Assembly: GCF_018350175.1 (NCBI RefSeq) | Contig: NC_058368.1 | Coordinates: forward strand, 195,302,001 to 195,366,000 | Source of the DNA: Felis catus | Lineage: Eukaryota | Length of the DNA: 64,000 bases | Direction of reading: 5' to 3' | Shown here: positions 11,760 through 57,597 of the stretch, piece by piece | Layout: each line of letters begins with the position of its first letter | Position numbering within the stretch: position 1 is the first letter of the stretch | The notes under the pieces: model-generated | Databases searched by the model: none | Told to the model about the DNA's origin: nothing | What the model saw: the letters and a program-made list of their open reading frames with translations, nothing else | Translations under genes and position numbers: made by a program

Positions 11760-13288
11760 CTCAGGGGATGGAGACTTAATGAATGCCTTCTGAAATACTT
11801 CGCACACCAACAGGGGGGAGAAAAGGCAGCCAAAAGCAAGGCCACGAACCTTTCTCTGCTTTCTCCACAGTTTGTTCCCAAATCTGAAGGCTGGCCTTGA
11901 GGTGAGCCAACACCGAGGCTATTTCTGACACTCAGGGAGGCATGCAGGGGGAGGGACGGGGTCACGATTAGTGTTTAAAACATAGGGGACCGAAGTCCCT
12001 ACCGAGTGGTTCCCTTTAGAAGAAGTCCAGGTCGTGGAGGCAGCCCGGGGTGGGGAGCTGCTTCCGGCCTGTCCCCCGTTGATTGTAAACAACCAAGCAC
12101 CACGTGTAGTGTCAGACCAGCTGCTTCTTAATTCTGTGAACTGAACTTCACGCTCTGTGCTCACTGGCCCCGTCTTCTCATCCACGGCGAAGTGTGGGTG
12201 TCCTCCCGATGTGCTGGCAACTGAACGCTAGCGTGCCATGTGCCCGTCGGGGGCCTCAGCGCACGACGCGACCATTTTATAAGCCTCCTGCGGAAAGCAG
12301 CACATCCCACTCGGCCATCCTTCCTCGGCCCAGTGCACTGGCAAACATATCCTGAGTCCTGCGTGTCTTCTCAATATGAAACCAGACTGGTCGGTGGGAG
12401 GCAAAGTCCATACCTCCCCACAGAGGTACACGTGAAAATGATCCTGATTAAAACCTCTGGGGTACTCAGACAAGGGTGCTGAGGACCTAAGCACACATTT
12501 CCTAGAGCAAGTTTCTTTTCAGCAGGAGAAACCTAGTAAAAGCTTACTGAGGAAGAAGCAATCCACAATAACCCCAGATCTAGAGACAGAATCTAAAAAC
12601 AGAAGCTAATTTTAAATAAAATATAAATATTTTCAATTTAGGCAGGACTTGATATCTTTCGGAAGCTAAAGCATCTAAGAATACAACACTGTGACCCACA
12701 CGAGGAATTTGGAGGAGGTGTTGCCAAGGGTCACAGGCAGAGAGAGTAAAGATTAAAAGCTCCAGCTCTGGAAGGCTGGTTTTTAACTACTAGGTAGGTC
12801 CAGGCACCTCCTGGAGACTTGAACAGGTTGGAAGAAACTGAGGTAAAATATCTGGGAGAGGTATGAGAAAGAGAGAGGCCCAGCCCTCCCACTCATTTAA
12901 TCCAGGCCTGGGCCTGGAAAGGAGAAAACAGGAGGTGGGGGATGCTAAGATTCTTAAATAAAGTGGGCTGTGCAACAGGAATAATTGGGTGAGGTGGGTC
13001 AGAAGGAGGGAGGCAGGTAAGGGAGGAGACAGGATGAGGGAAAAGAGTTGCAAAGGTCTGGGTTAATGTAAGTACAAGTGAACAGGGGTGGCCCTGCCAC
13101 TAAGAGGGGCCTCTGCCTATCTGCTACTCACTCTCACCTGTGCCCTCAGCCCTACCTGGCCCAGGGCACCCAGCTGCCGGGTAGAGGGGCTCCTGGACAG
13201 CAACCTCGCCTTTCCCCAGAGCCCGGACCCTAGCTGAGGCTCTGGGGCCAGGGGCTGGGGAACACACAGGGACGGGGCGGGCAGATCG

Positions 13289-45742
<32,454 letters not shown>

Positions 45743-48700
45743 GGTAGCTGGAGGGACAGGGTCAGCGCTAAGACCTCCAGAGGCCGGGGCCTTTAGCTCC
45801 AAGCCTGTGGTGGGCTCTGGGGCAGGAGCAGCCATGGTCACAACAGCTCAGTGACAGCTGCACTATGAATTAAGTACAGTGACAGTGCCTGATACCAAGG
45901 GAAATGGAAAAAGTGCAAAGTACACATGGGCGGGCTGAGCTCACTCAGCTTCTGTCTCCCAACCTTTCCAGTTAGTGCCCCACTCATAAATTTCTAAATT
46001 TGCCACCGCATACCTGGACAGAGCAAAGGTGAGGCACTGCCCGGGATGGGTGGGTAAGATGCAGACAGGTGCTTCCAGGAAGCCTTCCCCGTTCCTTAGG
46101 TTGGGAGTAACTATCCCCTCCTTTGAGCTAATTTCTTTGAACCTTGAACAACAGTTATATCGTATCTCTGCCCATCTTCCCCAGGAGCAAGCTCTCAGAG
46201 GATGGGAACCTGAATATCCCTCACTGCATCTTATTTTTCTTCTGCGTGCATTAGAAAAAGGACTCTGTTGCATTCAAGGAACCCCCTCCAAATCATCCAA
46301 GTCTGCTCAGATTCCCAACCAGGTTCCAGAGCCACAGCTGACTTCCTCTCCCTCTCCACCATGACCTCTGGGCCGGCCTGTACTTTTTGGAGGTCACCGG
46401 CAACCCCCATCCCCTTTTCTTGCAACCAGCCTGAAAGGCAAGCAGCTCAGAGGAAGAGCAGGAGCATGAGAGGGCTCTCCATTGGCCCTCATCTCAAGAC
46501 CTCCCCTCCACAACTCCCCTTGTTTTTATTGTTACGGATTTGCCAACGTTTTAAAGATGGTGAAAGAAAAAACCCTTTGTGTTGTGTGTTGGGGAAAGAT
46601 GGCGAGGGTATCGTCCCCAGGGTGGATTTTCTCAGTAATGCTACCACAGAAAAGAGAAGAACAACGACTCCTCTGAGCTACACCAGAAGGATACATTTGG
46701 GCAGTTCCGGAAGCCTCCAGAATCCTAGGCGCTACATTAAAAGAGCCCTCAGAGGTCGCTCCACAAACTGCGCATTTGACGGATGCAGAATCAATCCCAG
46801 AACAATGAAGGAACCTGTCTGCTACAGCCAGGTAGCAGCAAAGCAGGAAACGTATATTGTGCTGCCCTGCCCGAACCTGGAAACATCTATTGAATGCACT
46901 GCCACTGGCAATGAGGGAATATTACAATGAAAGGAAGCCAACTTCCTGCCCTCCAAGAATCTGCGATCGAGTGAGGAAAGGAAAGTACACGTACATTAAA
47001 GATTACAAATAAAAATCCTTCTGACAGTGGCAGACTGGCATACCTGCCTCCCTGTGAGTGGGCTCTTCCCCAGCCTAAGCCCCGGAGCCTGACGTGCTGT
47101 CTCAGATACCTGGTAAGGAGACAGTAATGATGGGCATCACGATACCATCTTGCCTAGCCCAGAGGACAGCTCTGTGCTGAGTGTTCCCACAGGTCAAGTC
47201 CCAGGGGACTCTTTGGAAACTGGCCCTACTCTGGCACCTAAGAGATCCAGGGTGATCTCATTTTCTCCCAAGTGTAATGGAGAGAGGACCCACATAACCC
47301 CACAAGGAAAGCGCCTGGCAGAAAGCCAGTAAGGACTGTGGAAGTCTCCCAGAGGATCCTGCCCAGCTTCACCACTAGGGCGACTTTGTTAAATACCTAA
47401 GAGGGCATCGTTTACTCACATGCCAGAGGGATTCAAAGAAGTCTTCTAGTTCTAGGGCAATTAAACTCATAAGAGGATCAGGGGGAGAAAATCTATAAAA
47501 TATCTTAACATGACAGTTGAAAGCTGCTATTTAGGCAAGAGCTAATAGGTCAGGTTCTACGTATGGCAGAAGGCCTGGGTTCTAAGCCTGCCTCTCTCGC
47601 CAGTTTCCTTACTAACTTGGAACAATTCTTTTATCCCAAATGTGCGGAAAGGGGTAGAGGGCAGTGAACTGAAAGATCTGTCAGCTTCTCTCTAGCTCCA
47701 GTATTCCAAAAATCAACTAATTATTTATGCAAACAGAAGAGAATTTCTTTTCCAACATACCAAGTGTCTGGGGAATAGAGCCATCCAGGTGACTCATGCA
47801 TATTACTGAGGGAGAAGGGACAGAATACGGGGACTGACAAATCCCCCTACTCCTCCCCAACAACCAGGAAACTACTCTACTGATTACTTGGCACAGATGC
47901 TCAATTTATTTCAAATACTGCAAAGAGGTGTCTTTATGTTGTATATAAAAACTGAAGTTACCCACAGCACAATATTGGTAAGAAACTGCTCAAAAAAAGA
48001 AGCTGAAATCTATAGATCTGAAGTCTGAGAAACAACCACAGGACGTGGGAGATGTGGCTTGGCCACTGCATGCATGCTGAAAAGAAAAAATGAACACTAT
48101 TTACGGGTTTTAGCTGATGATCAGCTCAACAGAAGTCAACGATTTAATAACAGATGCCAAATAAGCTAATTCTAGGTTGCACTAGGATGAGAGAGAACCC
48201 CCGGTAGTCGACAGCACTGTTTTTGCCACGCACGATATTCTGTTCCAGGCAGTACACTATAAACAATGCTAAACTGTTATAGTGAGGGCTCACCACCAGC
48301 AGGAGGAGGGAGTGGAAAACACCTAAATGAGGAACGACTAGAAGCAATGAGAAAGTTCAACCTAGAGAACTAGCAACTTGGGAGGTATAAAAACTGCTTC
48401 CAAAAGCTGTCCTATGGGTAACACTTGTCCTGTGGGACCTCAAAGATGAGTCAGAAAGAGGGTCAGGAGGTGGGAAGTAGAGGGAGGCAGGCCTGTGGCT
48501 AGACATAAGGAAGAGCCTTTATCAGAAGGAGTTGTCCAATGGAACAGACTGCTCTGGGAGACAATGTGTTCCCCACCCCTGGGAAAGTCCAAGCAGAAGA
48601 CCTTTCTCAGAGCGGTGAAGGAGGGGTCCAAGCGCTCTAGAGAGTGCGGGCAATCACTCCTCGGGAGTTCCTTCTATCACTCTTTCTGGCCATCAAGGAA

Positions 48701-49321
48701 GCCTCCTCTTGCTCTCTAGCTGTCCACACTGAGTGCTAGCCTCCAAGGCCACCCTGCCTCTGGGCTCCCTTTGATGAAACCTGGTTTCCAAGTCTATTGT
48801 GCAATTGAGATTTCTGCCCTGTGGGAGATTTTAATAGCACCTGTTAACTTTTAAATGAGGGGCAAAATATGTGAGAATTCAAGACAAGCTTGTCCTTTAT
48901 TTTAGGCTCTTGAGGACAAAGAAGAGAGTTTATACATTATGTGTGGCCCATCAACACAAACTCAAAATCTTCATTAGATACTTAGACCCAAAAGGGTGAA
49001 CACTACAAAGTAAAAGTCTACACGTGCGGTGGGAAAAATTTTTTTTCTTTAAATATACATTCAACCAAAATTGCAGTGAAATATCAACTATCTGTATAAT
49101 CTTAATAAATTTTACTTTTTTTTCCTTACATAAACTATTTTTTAGTTAGCAATATTCTCATTATTTGAAGGTTTTCCCCCACTTATTTCATATCTACTAT
49201 TCCCTGAATCCGTAAAGTACACACACTAATGATGTGTAGTTGCAATATAACAGTCCATCATTATATTGATATAATAATTTGCTTCGCTAGCTCCCAACTG
49301 TTGGATATGAAGCTTATGCTT

Positions 49322-49573
49322 TCTTTCTTTTTTATTTTTATTTTATTTTTTTTAAATTTTTTTTTCAACGTTTTTTATTTATTTTTCGGACAGAGAGAGA
49401 CAGAGCATGAACGGGGGAGGGGCAGAGAGAGAGAGGGAGACACAGAATCAGAAACAGGCTCCAGGCTCCAAGCCATCAGCCCAGAGCCCGACGTGGGGCT
49501 CGAACTCACGGACCACGAGATCATGACCTGGCTGAAGTCGGACGCTTAACCGACTGCGCCACCCAGGCGCCCC
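49322..49573 (-). mobile_element. Young Can-SINE
   Basis: Full reverse-complement SINE ending ccacccaggcgcccc; T-rich TSD tctttcttttt. Confidence 0.93.
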
Positions 49574-50164
49574 TCTTTCTTTTTTAAATCTCTTACATCA
49601 CATCTAATAGGAATTCATACACATAGTTTTTTTTTTAATTTTGGAGATACGCTTTTGGAGTAAAACTAGGTGAATACACTCATTTTTATGGTCCTTGCCA
49701 CACAAATGATTGAACTAACCTATAGTGTCACTAGGAATATGACTGTCTCTTCATAACTCTGCCAATGTTGGCTTTTATCATTTTTGTTCTTTTAAATGGC
49801 TGGGTGGTCCCTTGTACTTGTTTTATTTTACATTTCTCTGATTTCCAGAAAAATAAAAACTGAGCATCTTTCATCCACCTATCGGCCTCATAGTAAGTCA
49901 CTTTTGAAAATATGAAAATGTTCTCAAAATAACCAAATAAGAGTTTACTGATTGGTTTCTATTCCAAATTCAGTACAATAAACAAGGCCAATTCCAACAA
50001 AGGAAGGAGAGTCCACCTATACATGTTTATAGCTCTTCTTTGGAGCCTATGGGAAGGTAGGGGAGGGAAAAAAAGGAATGAAGGGACGGAGAGACAGTAC
50101 TAAAGTGTTATTTATTTAGCTTCATTATCAAAAACTGAACAATACCTTTATGGGTGCCTTGTAA

Positions 50165-52036
50165 ACACATAAAAATTATCCACTAAAAACTAGGACAATT
50201 AATAAGTTCAGCAAATTTGCAGGATACAAGGTCAATATACAAACACTAGTTGTATTTCTATGCAAGTGCAAGGAACAATCTGAAAATTAAGTTGAGAAGA
50301 CAGTTCCGTTTACAATAGCATCAAAAAGAATAAAATTCTTAGGAATGAATTTAAACCAAGTAGGTATAAGGGTTGTACATGAGAACTATAAAATATTGTT
50401 GAAAGAAGTTAAAGGCCTAAAAAATTGAAAAAAAACATCCCAATGTTTACGGTTTAGAAGATTCAATGCTGTTAATACGGCAATATTTCCTAAACCGATC
50501 TGCAGATTCAGTGAAGTCCCTATCAAAATCCTAGTTGCCTTTTTGCAGAAATTGACAAGCTGATTCTAAAATTCATATGGAAATCCAAAAGGCTCAGATT
50601 AGCCAAAACAATTTTGAAAAAGAAGAACAAAGTTGGAGGACTTCCCAATTTCAAAACTCAGTACAAAGCTACAGTAATCAAGACAATATGGTACTGGCAT
50701 AAGGATAGACATACAGATCAATGGAACAGAACTGAGAGTCCAGAAAGGAACCTTCACATCTATGGTCAATTGATTTTTGACAGGGTGCCAAGATAAGTCA
50801 ATGGAGAAAGAATCATCTTTTCAACAAATCGTGCTGGGACTACTGGATATCCACACTGGAACTCTACCTCACACCATACGTACAAATTAACTCAAAATGG
50901 ATCAAAGACCTAAACACAGGAGTGAATACTATAAAACTCTTAGAAGAAAACGTAAGTGTAAATCTTCATGACCTCAGATGAGGTAGTGGTTTCTACATAT
51001 GACAGCAAAATCACAAGCAAAAAATAATTGGTAAATTAGACATTATCAAAATTAAAAAACATTTGTGCCTCAAAGGACGCCATCAAGAAAGTGAAAAACA
51101 AGCCACACGGTGGGAGAAAACTTCTGCAAATCATATTTCTGATCAGAGACTTAAATCCAGAAAATACAAACACTGTTACAACTCAATAATAAAAAGACAA
51201 TACAATTAAAAAATAGGCAAAGCATCTGAATAACTATTTTGCCAAAGAGGTGGAAATGGCCAATACCACCTGAAAAGATACTCAATATCACTAGCCACCA
51301 GGTAAATGCAAATCAAAAACCACAATGAGATACTACTTCACACCCACCAAGATGGCTAAAATCAAAGACAGATAATAATAAATACTGGTGAAGCTGTGGA
51401 GAAACTGGAATCCTCTAACACAGTTGGTGGGAATGTGAGATGGTGTAGCTACTTTGGACAAAAGTCTCACGGTTCCTCAAAAGGCTAAATTACCCAGCAA
51501 TTCTACTCCTAGGTATATCCTGAAATGAAAATGTATGTCCACAGAAAAACTTGTACACAAATGGTGATCCCAGTATTATTCCTAATAGCCAAATGTGAAA
51601 ATAAACCTGATGAATGGATAAATGAAATGTGCTGTATCCACACAATACTACTTAGCAATAAAAATAAATACTGACATAATACAAAATACAAAAATAAATT
51701 AAGTACTGACAAATACATGTGACAACATGGGTGAACCCTAAAAACATTCTAGTTGAAAAAAGTCACAGAGCACCATATATTATATGATTTTGTTCATATG
51801 AAAGTCTAGAACAGAAAATAGATTATTAGTTGCCTACGGTTTAGGGTAGGGAGTTAAGAGGAATTAGCAGTGACACCTAAGGGACAGAGTTTCTTTTGGA
51901 GTGATGAAAATGTTCTAAAATGGATTTTATGCACATCTCTGTGAATATACTAAAAGCCAGTGAATTGTACACTTTAAATGGCTGAAGTATATCCCATGCC
52001 ATTTGAATTATATCTCAATAAAACTGCTTAAAAAAA
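50165..52036 (+). mobile_element. Old L1 (L1MB-like) ORF2 3' part and 3' UTR
   Basis: [43 protein letters not shown] peptide; ends tatctcaataaaactgcttaaaaaaa. Confidence 0.9.
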
Positions 52037-55000
52037 CCAAACAGATTTCTGACCCCAGTGTGATTCAACATGAACAGTTTATTTTTAACCAGCTTCCTAG
52101 ATGATCCTGATTACAGATGGATTCATATTAAGCACTAGAAAACTACATATGATCTTATTATGATAGGTGTACCCCAGGCCTCACCTCCTACCAGAGTTCA
52201 TGGATTGGTGATATTTGCAGACTAAAATTGCCACCCATTATTCCTAAACAATTACATTGGGTTAGACTTTGGAACCCAGAGAAACAGCGAATTCTCTAGA
52301 TGCGTTTTCTTTTCTCTGTTGCTGGGATTCCAAAGTCATGAACAAGGACACAGATTGTGTTGCTATCTGTGATCTACAAGGAGGAAAGTGAAAATCTCTA
52401 ACTTCCACGTGATCTGCTGTTTTTAAAGGGCATCAGATAAAACTCCATCTAACCTACCACAGAAGTGCATTCCATAATTTGACTCCTGCCTAAATGAGCC
52501 TGGTGAGAGGGCTGCTGACCTCAGCAGTCTCTGCCCAGGAGGGGCTAAAGACACAAACACGCTCACTTTTTACCCACAGTCATAAAAACCACTAAACGTC
52601 AGAACCAGGCGTGACTTATAGAAGATAAAGCCCCAGCTTCTCATTCAAAGGTGAGAAAACCAAGGCCCCAGCTAGTTAAAGACTTGGGATTAGAATATAA
52701 CATTCCAGATTCTTAGTGTTTCTATCACACCATAAATTCTCTCTCCTCCCTGCCATCTTCCCTGGAACAAAACTGGGGCCAGGATTAGGTGTGCATGGGG
52801 AATTCTGCATAATAAAAGACACAACAAGTTCAGAGTTAGATGTGATTATCACGGCAGAGAAGTTCAAGAACAAAAAGTCAGAAAGGTCACTATGCACACC
52901 TATGGTTCTGTAGTTCTTTTCCATTCCATCACTCCTGGAATGAGTCCCCATTTTGGAAATGGTGATCTATGTGCCATGAGCATCCCAGTAACCCAGATAG
53001 ATTTCTGACTTCACGGCATAGGGAGGCACAGTGGAGTTATTTTCTACTGGAGAGGGTCATTGAGAACTGGCCCTGGGTGTTAAGGCTTCCGAGAGAAATG
53101 TTTGGGAGATAAGAGATGGCACCAAATGCAATATCATGTAGTTTCTATTCCGGTACATTTAGAATGTCCCATCCACTGGACCCCACACCCATAAAACAGC
53201 TAGCCTTGTGTACTTAGACCCAATAAGGCCTGGCTTAAGGAAGGTGCCTCAGGATTCCTCCACGGCCCCGGATGAGGCAAAAAGACTCAGTGTGAGTTTC
53301 CTCTACGGGACAAAGAGAAAAGCTATCCTAGGTGTTAGTGGTTGTCAGCCGGTCACACACTTCTGGAAGGGGTTATCAGAGCCAGGCCAGCAAAAGTAGA
53401 ACCCAAAGTCCATTTACTCAGCCCAGTTCTAGGACCTTGCTTTCAGGTCATGGTAGAAAGAAATGTATCATTAACAGCACAATGACTCTTCAGAATCCGA
53501 CCTTGGGAGAGATATCAAGCATTTAAAGAATTGAGACACTCCCTGGGGAGGGAGGAGGAGGAATAATTAAAAAAAAAAATTAAAATTAAAAAACCAGGAG
53601 GGGTACTTAACAGGAGATGAGACAAAGGGGAAAGTAACGCGTTCACAAAAGTGGCCATCGGTCCTACCCACCCTACTTCACATTCTCCATGCTAACAAGT
53701 CCAGTCCTAGAATTTCACAGAACCCCTGAGTTGGAAGACAACCTAACACTCTATCTAGCCCAAAGCTCTACCCAATACAATAATCTAACCCATGACATTC
53801 CCAAAAGTAATTGCCAAGGGACAATTATCTCCAGTGACAGGGAGCTCCATGCTCTGTGTTGCCACATGAAAGAGCACTTATTCTTAGAAAGTTCTTCTGC
53901 TCACCCAAAAACCACTTCCCTTTCAGCACTTGCATCCACTGGTCCTAGTTACAACCTCTGGAATACCGCAGAAGAAATGGAATCTGCCTTTAGAATAGAC
54001 AAAGACAGCTCCGAGCCCATCACGCTGCCACAGAGGTGACGCCGAATGAACGGCTACACGGTTTAAAGGGAAAATAAGGACTCAACGGCAGGTGATTATA
54101 AATGGCACCATCAGCAAACAAAGGAAGAGAGACTTAATACCATCATCGCAGCAGCCTCTTCTTCATACAGCCTCCACCCCACAGTCTCAAACTCAGAGCA
54201 AAAGATCCAGTCTTTTGTGTTCCCTTTACTTCTTGACAACAAAAAAATCTTTAAAGAAAACATACTCTAAGTGCACATGTGAACGACTATAGACTAGGCC
54301 CTTGACAAAGAGTCAAAGAGGGGCTTGATCATGTTTAAAGTGATTAAAGACCGTCAAAATGACTTTCAGCGGTCAGCATTTATCTTGGACATAATACAGA
54401 GATAAGAAGAAAGAGGAGGATTTCATGGCAACCCAGAAATAACTGAAGTAGGGAACCGCGTCCTGGACAACTGGATTAATCTTTGTTGCACAGTGGTAGT
54501 ACTACACACAGGGGAAAACCCTCTCTGATTAGAAAACAGACCCCGATGCACCGAATGTCAGAGCAGACGAGGTCCTTAGGGATTCAACTTCATCACTGTA
54601 CAGGCTGGGAAACCTACACCCACTCCAGGATGGGAGTCACCCAAGGTTGCAAAGCAAGTGTCAGAGCTAGAACACAGTCTCTCAATTCCCCAATCTCGGC
54701 TCTTTCCCTTACACCATGCCGCTATGTTATTTTAGCAAGCCTCAAACGACTGCAAGCAAGTAACCAGTATTCCCCAAATGACACAAGCTACAGAAAACAT
54801 AAAGCCAAGGCCTTTGCATTCTTCGAGTTAATGGCCAGGGCGTTCCACAGCCCCAGCTGCGAGCCACCTTCTGCAATTCTTATTTCATATCTCAGTATGA
54901 TTTACACAAAATTGCAGGACGGTTAGAAGCAAAGCCTCCAGAATGATGAGTCTGCAGAAAAACCGTGAACACTGAAACAGGGAACCACACCCAGAGCCAA

Positions 55001-55675
55001 GCCAATCCGGGAGATGGAGACCGTAGAGCTAAAAAGGCAGAGCTAGAAGAGAAGAGGACAGGAAGAGGGTGCCTTTCCACATGTCAAGTTTTCCGCAGGA
55101 GGCAGTGTGGGGAAAGGCGAACAGCCGCTGGAGGTTGGGGCGCAGGTCTGCCACTAACTCACTGGGTGACCTTAGGCAAGCCCCGACCCCTTCCAGATCC
55201 TCCATTTCTTCAACTGTCCTAGAATGGGGTTGCACCAAGTGATTTCCCAGGATCCCAGTTCTGGTATTCTATGACCCAAAGACCCACTATTAGCAAGTCC
55301 CCGGCAGGGCTCCCACAGGGCCGGTCACTTGTCCCAGGCGACAGGACCCCCTTGGGAAGCGTGGAAGAAGCCCTGGCTGGTAGGTAGGGTGACCTTTCTC
55401 ATCTGGGCACCTCAGTTTCCCCACCTGTCAAACGGCAGGGGGAGGTCAAGGGATAGAGCGCGAGGGAAAAGGGATTCTCCAGTTGGCCTCATCCTGGGAG
55501 GGGTGCCCGCATCTTACCGCGGCTGAGGCGGGGGAGCCGAGGAGATTCGGACCTGCACCCCAAGCCGATCGGTGCCTGACCCGGAGCATCCGCTGAGCCC
55601 CAGAGGAAGGCGAGGTGGGTCCTGCAGGAGGCGGTGACACGCCGTCAGCCCCGGCCCATCAGCGCGCGGACGCAC

Positions 55676-55800
55676 CGCTCGGGCTCCGGCTCAGGCTCGG
55701 TTCCGGCTCTGGCTCCCGCTTCAGCTCAGCCCACCAGTCCCCGCCTCAGCTCGGAGCCCCAGCCATCCCCCCCCCTCCCACCTTTGCTGCCGGGGCAGCC
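55676..55800 (-). other. SLC36A1: Probable SLC36A1 non-coding exon 1 (TSS approximate)
   Basis: Lies in the CpG island just downstream of the E-boxes; donor GAGCG|gtgcgt at 55676/55675; contains degenerate GAGCCN hexamer repeats. An alternative donor GCG|gtaaga lies at 55518/55517. Confidence 0.6.
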
Positions 55801-55813
55801 GCTTCCGGGCCCC

Positions 55814-55858
55814 GTCACGTGATCCCGGCTCCCCAGCCGGAGACCCGGGTCACGTGTT
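55814..55858. promoter_or_regulatory. Tandem CLEAR-type E-boxes (TFEB/TFE3/MITF/USF): GTCACGTGAT at 55814-55823 and GTCACGTGTT at 55849-55858
   Basis: 9/10 and 8/10 matches to the CLEAR consensus GTCACGTGAC in the promoter of a lysosomal transporter gene. Confidence 0.8.
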
Positions 55859-56363
55859 CCAGCGCGTGGCAGCTCCCCTCCACCGGGGAAGCTCCGGAGC
55901 CCGGCTCCGCAGCACCACCTGGCGACCTGTTGCTGACACGGCAGGCAGGGCCCGGGGCCCCGCAGAACGGGGCGGGGCTTTGAGCTCGGAACGTGGCTGG
56001 CGAGTCCCCAGAGCTCTGTCCCCTGAGCCGTGCGCTCATTTCTGCACATGGTGTGCTTTCCTTAACACGTTTCGGGGAGCGTATGTTGCTTTTATAATTT
56101 AAAAAAATACATCTTTTTAAAAATCATCTTGTCCTATTTTTCGAAGCTTACACAAACTCATTTGTGGTTGCTCCTGGAAATGGGACTGTGAGGTAAGGCA
56201 ACGTTAACTTTTTAACATATTTAAAATTTTAAATGGATGGCAACATCTCAGTATGTTTGAGGTGTATGTGTTACCTAGCCTTCTCTTTCCTCCTTCTCCC
56301 TGAATTTTTCCTTTAAAAATTATGTAACTAACAAATTAATTAATTAATTTGAAATTATGTAAT

Positions 56364-56366
<3 letters not shown>

Positions 56367-56405
<39 letters not shown>
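56367..56405. repeat. (CA)n microsatellite just upstream of the promoter
   Basis: About 19 CA units. Confidence 0.95.
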
Positions 56406-56407
<2 letters not shown>

Positions 56408-56780
56408 GGAATAAACTCTTGATAGAGCTACAAAATGGATAAATCTTAAAATAATTCTGCTGAGTAAAAGAAGTCAGAAAAAATATTCCATTTACCTAAT
56501 GTTCTAGAAAATGTTAAATAGTCTCCAGTGACAGAAAACCTGTGAGTGGTTGCCTGGAGTGGGTGGGAAGGTCAGGACCGGAGAGATTATAAAGGGGCAT
56601 AAGAAAACTTTCAAGGTGACAAATATTTTCACTACCTTGATTGTGCTGATGGTTTCATAAGTGAATATGGATTTTAAGTTATCAAATTATACACATTCAA
56701 TACATGCAGTTTAAAAATAAATTTTTAAAAATATGTGCAGTTTATTGTTATGTAAATTATACCTCCATAAAACTGTTAAG
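56406..56780 (+). mobile_element. Old L1 (L1MC/ME-like) 3' UTR fragment
   Basis: atggataaatcttaaaataattctgctgagtaaaagaagtcag...aaattatacctccataaaactg. Confidence 0.7.
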
Positions 56781-57140
56781 ATAGTAGAAATTATATATTA
56801 ATATATTGTTATTATTAGAAATGTTAGACAATATATAGATATATAAACAGTGAAAATTTCCCTGCTCTCAAATTCATGCTTTTCCTCCAAAGACTTACAG
56901 TTGCCAGCATGTGAGTATTGTTCTCCATACACTATACTATGCGTTTATAGAAATATTTATACAGAGAGACATACACAGATTTGTGGCGTTAAAATCTAGA
57001 ATCATGAATAACAGTACTTACTGTTTTGCTTAAGACTCTTACTCTTAACTATCTATATATACTGTCTCAATTATTTCATAAACATATATTACTTTATATA
57101 TATATTTAAAGCCTTTGTATGTTCTATGACCCATATATAT

Positions 57141-57349
57141 ATTTTTAATGTTTATTTATTTATTTTGAGAGAGAGAGAGAAAGAATGCACAAGCTAGGGA
57201 GGGGCAGAGAGAGAGGGAGAGAGAAAGAATCCCAAGAAGCCTTTGTGTTGACATGGGACTTGATCTCACAAACCAGGAGATCATGACCTGAGCCAAAAGC
57301 AAGAGTCAGTCACTTAACCAACTGAGCCACCCAGGCACCTCACCATATT

Positions 57350-57396
<47 letters not shown>

Positions 57397-57597
57397 TTTA
57401 TTTATTTTTGAGAGACAGAAAGAGACAGAGCACAAGTGGGGAAGGGCCAGAGAGAGAGGGAGACACAGAATCTGAAGCAGGCTCCAGGCTCTGAGCTGTC
57501 AGCACACAGCCAGACATGGGGCTTGAACTCACAAACCATGAGATCATGACCTGAGCTGAAGTCGGATGCTTAACCGACTAAGCCACCCAGGTGCCCC
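57141..57597 (-). mobile_element. Two tandem Can-SINEs (57141-57340 and 57345-57597, the second with a (TTTA)n tail)
   Basis: Two reverse-complement SINE bodies separated by a (ttta)n tract. Confidence 0.9.

Larger units (their letters stand above)
9155..13288 (-). other. SLC36A1: SLC36A1 3' UTR (about 4.1 kb; 3' end approximate)
   Basis: Stretch free of Can-SINEs running from the stop codon to a canonical AATAAA with a downstream U/GU-rich tract. Confidence 0.75.
55480..56050 (-). promoter_or_regulatory. SLC36A1: CpG-island promoter of SLC36A1
   Basis: Strongest GC/CpG-dense block in the window; GC box ggggcggggc at 55969-55978, ETS-like gcttccgg at 55801-55808 and two E-boxes; about 10 kb upstream of exon 2. 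Confidence 0.88.

Noticed and set aside
46268..46930. 220-aa plus-strand ORF in intron 1
   Set aside because: Non-ATG start, no recognisable domain and no supporting exon structure.
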